A DNA stretch of 64,000 bases, from the NCBI RefSeq assembly GCF_009834535.1, contig NC_045696.1, forward strand, positions 105,340,001-105,404,000. The letters run 5' to 3'. Under the pieces are notes generated by a model that was given only the letters and a program-made list of their open reading frames with translations, was not told the origin of the DNA and did not search any database. The translations under genes were made by a program, and so were the position numbers. The DNA is from Camelus ferus. Its lineage: Eukaryota. Below, in pieces: positions 1 through 11,700 of this stretch (the stretch's first letter is position 1; the number at the start of each line of letters is the position of its first letter).

Positions 1-324
1 TGGGATTCACTTCTAGGAGCCAAGAAAAAAACATGCTTTGGTTTAAGCTATTCACAAAGTATATGTCTCTGGACACATGGTCTACCTGACTCTGTCTATT
101 GTGCATCTCAGCAGAGACTTCAAAACTGTTAGAAGATAATGTTTTTTGAAAGATGAAATCATAACTCATATATAATCATATAATCATAACAAATATAAAA
201 TAACTTGGCAAAGATTTTAAATTAACTCGTTGATTAATGAAGCTACCAGTAAGATGCTGCAACTGGCTCAAATGAGGATTTGACTTATAGAGATTTGTAT
301 TCTCTACTGGACAAGACCTATTTG

Positions 325-563
325 CATCCATGTTGTTGCATATGGCAAAATTTCATTCTTTTTTATGGCTGAGTAGTATTCCATTGTATATATATACCAC
401 ATCTTCTTTATCCAGTCATCGGTTGATGGACACTTAGGCTGCTTCCATATCTTGGTTATTGTAAATAACACAGCTATGAACATTGGGGTGCATGTATCTT
501 TCTGAACTAGTGGTTTTATTTTTTACAGATATATACCCAGGAGTAGAATTGCTGGGTCATATG
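325..563 (-). mobile_element. L1 fragment (ORF2 end / 3' UTR)
   Basis: Characteristic L1 antisense text TTTTATGGCTGAGTAGTATTCCATTG...GATGGACACTTAGG...ATACCCAGGAGTAGAATTGCTGGGTCATATG. Confidence 0.85.
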
Positions 564-649
564 AAAAACTTCTCCATTGATTATAAGCCATGTAGTACTT
601 TGATTTTTATATCTGCATGCACTGTTTTGAGAAATGAGAAAAGTATAAT

Positions 650-1560
650 AAAGAAAGGTAAAAGACAATCAACTGAGAGAAATATTTGTAACAGGTGTAT
701 AGTAAGATTAATTTCCTTAATACACAAAAAGCCCTTTAAATCAATAAAAAAAAGACTAACAACCCAATTTATAATGAACAAAGCACATGAAAAGGTAGCT
801 CATAGAAGAAAAAATGTTCTCAAATATTTGAAAATATGCTCCACTGTACTTATTAAAAAAGGAATCCAGTTTAAAACAACAAAATACATTTTTACAAAAC
901 TATATGAATGACAAAGATTTTTTCAATTATTTACTTATACACAGGATTGCCAAAAATGTGATGAAATGTAAACTCTCAAACACTGGGACAACCTAACTGA
1001 AAACCACTTGGACATTTTCCATAATGTGCACAAAAGCAAATGTACAAAATAGATCAGAATAGCACAGTTTGCAATTGCAAGCAATAGTAACAACCCAAAT
1101 GGCCTTCAATTTTCAGGATAGGCTAAATTAATCATGGCACCTATAATCAATGGGATACTATAAAGCAGTCAGAAAGAATGAGAACGCTCTCTCTGTTGAT
1201 ATGGAAAGTTCGCCAAGATAAATTAAAAGAAAAACAGAGATTCAAATCTGTTGTATTTTCCTTTTTGGATAAACGGGTAAGAGGGAGATAATGTCTTCAT
1301 GTTTGGCTTTTTGTGCATAAAGAAACTCTGAAAAGATACACGAGAAATGAATACCAATGGTTTCCTATTTGGCAGTAGCAGCAGTGCAACCTGAACTTAG
1401 GTGAACCAGAATTTTCATTGTCAATTTTTCATTATTACTTGAATGTTTAACCATGTGAATATGTTACCTGTTCAAAAATGCGATAGAATATGAATAGATG
1501 CATAAATAAAAATGAAGTAGATCGTATGTGCTGATTTGAAAAGATTTCCAAGATATATTA
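650..1560 (+). mobile_element. Old degraded L1 (L1M-type) 3' region
   Basis: A-rich, with L1 ORF2/3'-end remnants (AACAACCCAAATGGCC, GGGATACTATAAAGCAG); boundaries approximate. Confidence 0.6.
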
Positions 1561-1570
1561 AATGGAAAAT

Positions 1571-1936
1571 GTCAGACACTCCTTAGGGTCTGGTGGAAGG
1601 AAATGTCAGTGGGAAGAAGCTTCCTTCAGGTGGGATGGCCAAGGGCAGTCCAGGGATTCTTGGAGAAGAGGCAGGAACAGCCCCCTTGGGAAGAGGTGGT
1701 CTGGAGTGACCCCTGCAGCTCCCCACCTCCTCCTGACTGTTGGAAAGGGGGTGGGGAGGCTGGAGAACAAGAGAGTTGCCAATAAGCCCCTTCCGGGGCC
1801 AGAGCAATTTGACCCCTGTGGCCCGGGGAGGTATGATTGTCTGTGACCCCCAGCCCTCCCGGCCTGCCTTCTGTGAGCAAAGGTGGAGAAGCAGCACAGT
1901 TTTACATAAAAACTAAAACAAAGCCCAGCGCTGCCT
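1571..1936 (+). repeat. Local direct duplication, copy A
   Basis: Colinear with 3241-3604; shared blocks include GTCCAGGGATTCTTGGAGAAGAGGCAGG and GCCAATAAGCCCCTTCCGGG. Confidence 0.95.
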
Positions 1937-3240
1937 GGTGGCTGAAGGAAGTCCCAGGTCCCCTTCCTTCTGTGTCTCCATATGAAGACAAATCCAATGA
2001 CTCCCACCCCAGCCTGAGTAGCACCGAACATTTACTCAGGGCCCTGTGGGGATTTGAGTCTGGAGTCCCACCTCTGTCAGCAGGGGAAACAGACTTGCCT
2101 GACCTTGCAGCCTCCTGCCTGACCTGATAGCCTCCTGGGAGTGTCTGATTGGGAAGCATTCAATCTGATGCCCGCCCATGGCTGAGGTGGGCCGTCTGCC
2201 CAGTCAACGGCAGCATGACCAGGTGCTCCTCATTAGCCTGGCATTGGTCCAGACCGTAACATGCTCCCAACGGCTGCCTTGAGGCCCCTGTGGGCATGAG
2301 GGTGGCCGTGGCTGTGGCCATGGCCATTACTAATACCTGCTTCTGAGGCCTGGCATTCCCAAGTCCAGGGGGCAGCACCTGCAGACTGCAGGGCACCGAG
2401 GATGTCCTTTGTTAGCTTTAAAGGGCAGCAACCAGGTGCCTGAGGGGCCTTACAGCAGGAATCTGCCGGGTGTCTGTGGACTCCACAATTCTAATAGGAT
2501 ACAAGTTGGAGAATCACTGCACTAAATTTTTTCAAACAACCAATTTAATCCTCTACATCACCTTAAGAGGTAAATATTATGTTCGACAATTAGAAAGCAA
2601 GGCTCAATAGGCCAATTAAAAAATGTCTAGGTTCAAATCCATTGTCTTCCTACTAGCTGTGTGACCTTTGGGAAGGCACCTAACCTCTCTGAACCTCATC
2701 TTCATTGTTCTTATAGGACATCGCCTCTCTTGAAGGGTTGCTAAGAGTGTTAAAAGAAACAAACCAGAACAAGCGCTCAGTGCTCACAAAAAAGGTCACA
2801 ATTTTTTTTCTAAATATCTATCAAACCACTTATTGGAAACAAAACACTATGTGATAAAAGTTTTGAATGAGCATATCTTCATTGACTTGAACACATTTGA
2901 TAAATGGTGGGAGAGTATATGGGCCAATATCTTATTGATTAACTCACCAGTGCTTTCATTTAATTTGAAGTCTTAAAAAGACAGATTGCTAGTAACACAT
3001 AGCATCACTAGTAGTCAAAGTCCTGCCCTTTCTTCCAGAGAAAATTGGGGATTTCTGCTCAGGAAAGGCCTTCCCCCACTCACACTCAAGACACACAGTG
3101 TTCACTTGGCAAACATTTGTTTATCTCTCATCTGCCATGTGCTAGGCACTGAGGATGTGGTGGTAAACAAAATAGAAAAAGGACCCCTTAGTCTCAGAGA
3201 GAGAGACAGTAAATAAACAGATTTGCCTAATCTGGGGAAA

Positions 3241-3604
3241 GTCAGACATTCCTTAAACCTGGCAGAAGGAAAGGTCAGTGGGAAGAAGTTTCCATCAGGT
3301 GGGATGGCCAAAGGCAGTCCAGGGATTCTTGGAGAAGAGGCAGGGATAGCCCCCTTGAGAATAGGTGGTCTGGGGTGACCCTTGCTAGCTCCCTACCCTC
3401 TCCTGACTGTTGGAAACGGGGTGGGGAGGCTGGAGGACAAGATAGCTGCCAATAAGCCCCTTCCGGGCCAGAGCAATTTGATCCCTGTGGCCCTGGGAGG
3501 TATACAGTTTGTAAGCTCCTGCTCTCCTGGGCCTGCCTTCTGGGATCGAAGGTGGAGAAGCAGCAAAAGTTACATAAAAACTAAAGCAAAGCCGGGCGCT
3601 GCCT
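3241..3604 (+). repeat. Local direct duplication, copy B
   Basis: Colinear with 1571-1936; roughly 85% identity by eye. Confidence 0.95.
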
Positions 3605-5548
3605 AGTTTATATCTGATTGTTGTTATTATCTGAAGCTCTTAGAAGCCTAATTTGACTACATGTCTCTGCTGATGCTTACTTTCTGGTGGATTGTTTTCC
3701 TGTGTGTTTTATAATTTGGGATTATGAGCTTCATCTGGTATGGCTTCATCACAGGAAGCCTGCTTGGCCTGGTTGGAGGGTGTGTCCTAACAGACAGTTT
3801 TTACATTTACTTCCTGCCAGCAGCCTGTAAGTATTACAAGCTCAAGACTCCATTTATTTTAATATATTGGCTACCAGGAAGCATAAATTCAATACCCAAA
3901 CCAGTCGCACCAGGGAAGAACTTTTTTTTTTTAACTTACATAGAAACCAGGCCAAATAAACAAACTTTCTCGTTGTCTCTAGGTGGATTTTGGCTATTTC
4001 ACACTCTCATTGAGGCACTAGTCCATCAGGTATTTTGGCTTTATGCGAGTATCACAGTTTCTACTTCCTGCTTTACACAGGGTAACTGCTGCCCCCACCC
4101 CCACCCCACCACATCCATTAACATCCAAGTCCCTGGCTTATTGCAATTAGCAAACCCATTCTTGCCCCCAACCTCCTCTCCTACCAGAAAGCTTTTTGTT
4201 AACTTTCTTGCAAGGGAGATCTATCAGGGACTCAGCTGGGGATAGGAATCTGAACCTGGAGAGGAATACATGCCTCTCCAACCCAGGAGGCTGAGTGCTC
4301 AGCCTACAGCAGCTTCTGGCTAGATCTCAAAGGATGAAGTCCAAGGCTCCTTGTCTGTCCACTTCTGCTGCTTTCATTCATTTTCCATTTGTACTGTAGG
4401 TGTCCTTAATTCCTCTTTTCCCTTTATCCTACATTGGTCTTTTGACAGCAGCTGGGCCATTTTTCACAATGGGTATTTCTGACTCCAGTATATTTACTGA
4501 AAAATAAATGTGCTGTTTTATACCCTCAGACCATACACAGCAGAACCATTTGCTTAGATTTCATAGCACACGAATATGTCCATTAGAGCTTCAAAGTGTC
4601 ATAATTAAAATTGGCTTCACTTGTGGGGACTCATGATGCATCCATCTCAGCCCACACCTCCGCTCTGTGTAGAGGCCCCTGCTCAGGCCCCACCTCTCAG
4701 AACCACGTGTCAGAAAAGTAAGCCAACCTATCTGCTGACCCACTGGGATAACCAGTGTGAAGAACAGCCCTGAACCAAGAGTCCAAATGCCAGCCATGCC
4801 CCCCTCCTTGGTCAAGGTGATCTTCAGCTTTTTCCTGGAGTCTAAAGCAGACTCCCCCTACCATGTTGCCGTCCCTCTGGCCTCCTCTGGGCCCTGCTTG
4901 CATTCAGTAGATCCACGCTCCTAGAACACACTCTTCTAGGGTAACCCCACACTGCTCGGAGGCTCTCAGGGTACCTTCCTGGGAAGCAAATGAGCATCAG
5001 GTTCTCAAGTCAAACTCCAACCCCCTTTCCAAGCTGACCTTAACATACTGTTAATGAAAGAGCTTTGGTGCCAGACAGACGCGGGCTCGGATCCCTGCTC
5101 GGCCACTAACCGGTTGTCATTAGGCACATGATTTAACCACCTTGTGCCTTTCTCTTCTGTAAAATGGAGATGGTTAAACAGAACTCAGAGGTCTTGTGAG
5201 AAAACAAGATGAAGGATGTCCTCTCCCCAGCACAGAGTAGGGGAGCGCCCCACAGGGGTCAGTTCCCATCTTCTTGGCTTCACCAGCTAGGCCGAAAGTG
5301 TTGGTTATACAGCTGACAGACTCCAGGTTTGAGGCCTGGGGGTTGGTGGCCTGTTGTGTATGTAGAGTGGGCACTGAGTGTTTGTTTTCCTCAAGTGCTG
5401 GGCAGAGTGTTCTGTGTGGGGTCAGGGACTCTGTGGGAGCCCAGCCAGCCGAAAAGAGCTGCTCTGGGGCCCTGCATGTGATGGAATTCACTGGGACGCC
5501 CATGCATGGCCATACCAGGTTTTGGACGTGTGTTGCTTGCAGTCCTGC

Positions 5549-5557
5549 TGAACTTTG
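5549..5557 (-). promoter_or_regulatory. Second HNF4-like site
   Basis: TGAACTTTG (CAAAGTTCA on - strand), the same 9-mer as at 5591. Confidence 0.5.
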
Positions 5558-5590
5558 CAAAGGAAAGGAAAATTCTTCATGCTGTGCTTG

Positions 5591-5603
5591 TGAACTTTGA
5601 GCT
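5591..5603 (-). promoter_or_regulatory. Proximal DR1 nuclear-receptor element (HNF4/RXR/PPAR type)
   Basis: TGAACTTTGAGCT = AGCTCA-A-AGTTCA on the - strand, about 40 bp upstream of TATA; RBP2 promoters are known to use proximal DR1 elements. Confidence 0.7.
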
Positions 5604-5605
5604 TG

Positions 5606-5624
5606 TTATCTTCAAAGCCATAAA
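5606..5624 (+). promoter_or_regulatory. GATA site and CDX site
   Basis: TTATCT at 5606-5611 and GCCATAAA at 5617-5624, between the DR1 and TATA; a typical enterocyte promoter arrangement. Confidence 0.6.
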
Positions 5625-5639
5625 CCTGGTCCGCCAGAC

Positions 5640-5646
5640 TATAAAA
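5640..5646 (+). promoter_or_regulatory. RBP2 TATA box
   Basis: TATAAAA 87 nt upstream of the ATG, implying a TSS near 5670. Confidence 0.85.
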
Positions 5647-5726
5647 GGAGCGCATTCTAACCCGTTCACCCTGCAGCCTGCTCCTTGACACCCACCACAC
5701 ACCCACGGTAACCAGAGGCCACCACC

Positions 5727-5799
5727 ATGACGAGGGACCAGAATGGAACCTGGGAGATGGAGAGTAATGACAACTTTGAAGGCTACATGAAGGCTCTGG
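5727..5799 (+). CDS. RBP2: RBP2 coding exon 1 (M1-L24 plus first base of D25)
   Basis: Kozak context GCCACCACCATGA; iLBP N-terminal [16 protein letters not shown] motif; donor G|GTAAGG at 5800. Confidence 0.98.
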
Positions 5800-8700
5800 G
5801 TAAGGGGAAGGCCAGGGCTGGGGGAGGGAGGGCAACATCCGAAGGACTGGGGTCTGATCCTCCTGCCACTTTGGGATCCCACAGGCCCGTGTGCAAGCCT
5901 CACCTCTCAGTCCCCAGCTGTGTGATAGCAGGCAACTCATACTCATTCTCCAAGGTTCAGATTCTTCGTTGGTGAATTGGAAACAATAATAAATGAGATT
6001 AAGTCTAGAATGTCCTTAGCACAGTACATGGCACACAGAAAAGATTCACCGAGTAGAGGATACGCATGCACACACATGCACAAACAACTTCCACGCACAC
6101 ATGTGCACACACACACGTGCACACGTGAGGAGAGCCAGACTTAAGAGGAAATTGCAGTAGCTCCTCTGCCTCACGATCACCATCTCTCTGATGACCAGTT
6201 GGGCCTGCTATTGTGCACAGATGACCCCTACCTCGCTCTTGTGTTGGTCGTGTAGTGGGGAGGCAGGAAAGGAGTGCCTGACAAATCTCTCAGCCTAGAG
6301 ACAGTCAGGCCCACTGAAGGCCAGGAAAGGCTTTCATCATGTAGCTCAAACAACTCACTGCTCATCTGACTTCTGAACTAGACCCCAGGCCAGGGGTTCC
6401 CATCAGTGTGTGTCCAGAGTTGAGTCTCCTGGGGGGCTGTCAGGAAACACACGAACCTGGAGGAACTGGGCCCACAGAGGGGACCTCACTTGCGGGGCCG
6501 CTATCATGGGCCAGGACGAGGAGCCTTGCCTGCCTGTCCTCAGTCATCCCGACAGCCTCCTGACCACCTTCGCCCGCTTTAGATCCCTCCGCATGAGGAG
6601 TTCCCAGCTGGAACTTCCCTTGCAAAGCGTGAGAAAAATGGCTGTGGGCCGGGTTGGAGGCCTGGTAATTCGGACGTGATGATGTCTCACCAAGAACAGG
6701 AATCATGGGAGAGCGGGTAGAGCTTAGTGGTAGAGTGCACACTTAGCACGCGTGAAGTCCTGGGTTCGATCCCCCGAACCTCCATCTTTAAAAAAATCAA
6801 GAAAAAGAAAAGAATGGGAATCATGGGTTTTTCTGTTCAATTCCCTTCTAGTTGGATGAATTTCTACCATGTGAAGGAGCAAAGAGAGCTCATGTGACAT
6901 GTTTTGCAATTTACGGAGACTGGTGCTTTCTTCTTGTTCTTTAGACCGTTTCCAATACTGAATAGCTTTTTTTTTCCCTCTCAGCTACCAGAATTTTACC
7001 AATGTACTTGGGAGTGGAGGAAGGAGGCAAAGTCCTCCTACCAGAGTCCTGTCCCTGGTGCCTCTGCTTTTAGTACCCTGAGGGAGGCTGGAAATGGAAT
7101 CCTGCTTCTAACCCTGGGGAGATGTTCTGGAGCTGAGCTCAGAACCAGATAGCATTCTGAACAAAATCACACAGAGGAGGACACCAAGCCGGAGGGCCAG
7201 CGGGGGTGTGCTCTCTGACCTTGAAGGAGTTTTTTCACCTTTCTAAACCAGCCTCCTCATCCGCCAAATGGAGATAATAACACCAGTCTTGCCTGTTTCT
7301 CCAGGTCATGTTGGATGTGGTGGTTGATTTGAACAATTAAAAACACTTTAACAAGAGCTCTTTGGGGGTTGCAAGCTTTCAGCCGTAAGCTGATCAAGCC
7401 AGACTCAGGGAATATAATCAGAAAGCAATTTTGTGTCTTTTCCTGCTTATTATTAAATAATCAAGGGGGGAGGGTATAGCTCAGTGGTATAGTGCATGCT
7501 TAGCATGCATGAGGTTCTGGGTTCAATCCCCAATGCTGCCGATAAAAAAATAAAATAAATGAAATAAAATAAATAATGAAAAGTCCTATGGTGACTTCAG
7601 GTGAAAAGTCAAGTTTCAGTTTTCAGCTGTGCAGGGTGGGTGCCTGGAGCTCCTCTTTCTAGGCTTAAGGGGAGAGGCAAGCACTCCTGGTATCCTCGCC
7701 TCTCCCTCTGGGGGGATGCTAGGATGCAGGGCACACTGTCGGCTCTCTCCAAAAACTCCTCTTTCTAAAACCCGCCTCCTTCTGGACTCTTTCACGCCAA
7801 TTTCCACCATCGCTGTGGGTGAGGGCTGCTTGGGTCGTGAATGGGATGTCTGGATGACTCTGTCTAGACGGTTTTGGAGTGAGTAGTCGTTCCCGTTCTC
7901 TTTGGTGTCAGACACCTATTGTCTCTTAGAGCTTCAGTCACAACTTCTAATTCAACATCATCCTACATCAGTTTCACTTTAATGAGCAAATGGCTTGACC
8001 TCTTTGTACTTGCAGTGTAGGGGGACAGGCTCACTGCCTTCCCGATGAAGGTTAATACCATAGGAAGTGGTAGTAACTAACCGCCGAACGTGGATGTGCT
8101 TGGTGCCGTGGTCTGCCCAGCTGCCGATGGCCTACTGTGTCCCAGCGCCCCCAGGGACTTGCCCCAGCTTGAATCCATGATGTTTTGTGCAGAAACGCCT
8201 CAGCCAGCGTCCTCCTCCCACCGTGGAGACAGGACACCTGACCCTTCCCGCCTGCCCACAGTGGGGACACAAGTGGGGCAGGCAGGCACTGGCAGTGACT
8301 GAAGACAGGTCTCAAGGGCTCAGCTGGAAGCAGCTGAGTGGGGCTGGACCCACAATTAAATCTGCTAAAAACAACCCAGCAGATCTGTACAATTTCCTCC
8401 ACATCCACCCTGCCATACGAGGGTTGTTCTGTCAACAATGACAAGTCAATGAAGTTTCCTTCCTCGCCTGCTGGGGCACAAAGCATTTGTGAAGAACGTA
8501 TGTGGGGATCTTCCCAAATCCCCAGATATGGAAATATCACTAAATATAATTCCGTTCCCTGCCAAGAAGCCATCCCTTTCTCAGACGTCAATCCCTAGCA
8601 CTGGGAGGTGGCTTTCTCTGTGGGCCTGGTGGCTGGTTCCGTAGGAAGGAGACACCCCTGTTGAGATGTAGGTCTGGGCAGCAAAATGGCTTTGTCACCA

Positions 8701-11700
8701 GCCAGTGACTTGCTCCACATCCAGCCTCCCCAAACAACTTGGCTGCCAGCCTCGACAGACCGACACACGTCACAGCAACCTTTGGGTTGGCCCCAAATTA
8801 TCAAAGTCATCAGCAATTCAGAGAGTGGGGGCCAAGGGTCAATGGTACCTCTTCTCTGCCTTCTCAGACACTTGGTGTTTCTCGAGGCCCTAGACTCTTT
8901 CTTGACAGTGAGGAAAGCAGCTGGGGAACTCTTCCACCTGGAGGAATCTGTCCCGTCCTGAGATCCTCCTTTGGGTGGGGTCGGGGAACGCAGGAGCTGT
9001 CTTCAATTTAAAGGGCAGCTGGGGGAGGGCAGATCTAAAAGTGAGGTCTCCGTGCTCTGGCAGAACACTGGAGGAGTCCATTCGGGAGTGAGGCCAGCCC
9101 TGCACAGACATGGGGGAAGTCATTCAACTTCTCTATCAAACCTTTAGATGTCACCCGTGGAAGAGAGGGATGGCGCCATCTGAGGCAGGCCAGGCTCTGT
9201 CTCTGTTCTTGAGGGGCTCAGACAGTCAGGTTATAGCTGTGTACCAACTGGGTTCCTGTTTCCTAAGACAGTGCGACAGATCACCCCCAAAATGTGGTGG
9301 CTTGATTTTATTATATACAGTGATTTTATGATGGTGTCTCACAGTTCTGGGAGCTGACCAGGCTCAGCTAGGCTGGGGCCAGAGCCATCCTGAAGGCTTC
9401 CTTGCTCCTGTGCCCACTGTTGGTGCCGGCCAGCGGCTGAGCCCTCCGCCAGGGCTGAGGGTACTGCGTGTGTCCACATGTGGTGTCCCATGTGGCCTGG
9501 GTCTCCTCACAGCACTCTGGCTGTGTCCAAAGAGAGAGAAGGCAGCAGCTGAATGACCTGTTATGACCCAGACTCAGAAGTCACATGGCATTCCTTCTCT
9601 TCTCTTCTGTTGGGTGAAGCGGTCATGAGCCCACCCGCATTCAAGAGGACGGTGCCTAGACCCCGCCTCTCCAAACATTGTAAGAACAGCATGTAGGATG
9701 AGAGGTGGAGTTGTAGCCATTTAAGAAAGTATAATCTGCCACAGATGGGACAGTGGGTGGTTCCGTCCCTTGGGCTTGGAAGGGCTACAGTGACAAGAGG
9801 ACAACAGTAGCAGGAGGTGTGTGCACAGTGTGGTGACTGATGGTAACTAGACTTGTGGTGGTGATCACTCTGCAGTCTAGATGGATGTCATATCTGAAAT
9901 GTGCATAATTTAAATGTGTGTGTGGTGGTGGTGGAGGGAGCTACAGTAGACATGTTGGTCATTGAAGACTTTCTGAGTACTTCCAAGTGGGGTTTTGAAG
10001 GAAGGAGAGGAGTGCTCCACACAGGGATAGACAGTATGTGCCAAGGTCAGGCCAGTGTGTGTGGGCAGGGGCGCAGGAAGCTGAATTGCCACGGAGCGAC
10101 GTGCAAAAGAGGGAGGGGGTGGGAAGAAGAGTCAGAAAGGTGCAGGGCCGGATCTGGAAGCGGTGTGCCACCATGTGTGAACATCACCCAAGGACGTCAT
10201 ATGAGGAGAGGGTCCCAGGAAGAGAGAGAGGCCGTGAGCACTCACTCTGACAGCCAGGGCGTGAACAGATGGGCAGAGATGTCAGAGAACTAATGAAGTG
10301 GTTGCAGTGGCCCAGGAAGATGCAAGCACAGTGCCAAGAAGGGTGGCCAGGGGGCGGTCCAGAGCAGGAAGCAGACCAGATTTGTGACTGAGTGGTGAAG
10401 AGGAGGGGAACGAGCCTAGAAAATGACACACCACCATGTAACTTGAATCAGGGAGACAGGGATGTGTAACAGAAGGCGTGTGTTCTAAAAGCGCTCAGGT
10501 AATGTTAAATTTAGACATCTTTTAGGAAATCTTGATTCCATAAATTGTAAAGATTAGGAAAAATCCCAGTCTTTGTTTGTTTGTTTGTTTTTATATTTTT
10601 AATTGAGTTATAGTCATTTTACAATGGAAAAATCCCAGTCTTAATTCACAAAAGATGAGAATCATCTTCTATGAAGACCAGCTTTTCACTGAAATGAACA
10701 TGCACAGACTCAGGAGAGCAGGGGCCACTGCAAAATGTCCTAGTGGGTCTCTAGAAAATTCCACAAGAAGGTGTTGACCTCAGAGGCTGAAATCAGGCAG
10801 CTCCCACCTGAGTGGTCTTTGCCAGGAAATATTTCCTGGTTACCCACCATGTTGAAAATCCTGTCCTGACTGTGAGGAGCCACAGTCTAGCATCAGAGGT
10901 GAGCACATGCACAAACAATTCTCATGCCATGAGAAGCATCTGCTATCACAAGCTTTATATACATTGTTTCATGTAATTAATTCAGTTTTCACAAATGTAC
11001 TGAGCACCTACCACATGTCTAGAAGTGCTCCAGGCATTGGTGACAGGGTAGTACACGAGGCAGCAAGTTCCGTGCCCCCCATGGAGTGTGCTTGCTAGCG
11101 GAAGAGAGAGAGGGTAATAGTTTAAGATGATTTCAGGTAGTGGTAAGTGCTTTATAGGAAATAAAAAGGAATTATTGCATGGAAAGGGATGGGCGGTCAG
11201 GGAAGGCTGTCTGAGGAGGTGACACGGGAGCTGAGGCTTGAACGCTGAGAAGTGTTGTTCCCGCCACAGGGGACAGTGAGTGTGAAGGCTCTGGGTGTGT
11301 TTAAGAAACGTACAGAAGGCTGGTGTGCTGGGGGTGTGGTGAACACAGGGGAAGGTCAGGCCTTATGATGGGCAGACTTAATCCACCTTGCTTACATTCT
11401 TTAAGGATCACTGTGGGTACAGTGTGGAGGATGCATCACAGGAGGGCAAGCCTGGAAACAGGGAGGCCCACTAAGGAGGCTGCTGGGTTGTTAAGGCTAG
11501 AAATGATGGTGGCTCAGACGGGGGCAGTGCCAGGGGCTGGAGAACAGAGGACAGATTCAATGTATATTTTGGAGATAAAGCCAACAGGGCTTGCAGATGG
11601 ATGAGAAGGTAGAGGACGTGGAAGAAGTGAAGATGGCCCCCAGGCTTAGGTCCAAATAGCTGGGAGATGGTGACCCCATCGGCTGACAGTGGGAAGACAC

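Noticed and set aside
483..911. 142-aa ORF
   Set aside because: Spans two degraded L1 fragments of opposite orientation; non-ATG start; no coherent protein.
5800..5975. ORF-track extensions beyond RBP2 exons (5727..5975, 18725..19105, 25288..25737)
   Set aside because: Similarity to CRBP2 stops exactly at the splice sites; the remainder is intronic read-through.
7465..7545. tRNA-Ala genes (this and the other eight tRNA-like copies)
   Set aside because: Disrupted acceptor stems, A-rich tails and TSDs identify them as SINEs.
8052..8591. 179-aa antisense ORF in intron 1
   Set aside because: No recognisable domain or supporting splice/promoter structure; consistent with chance.
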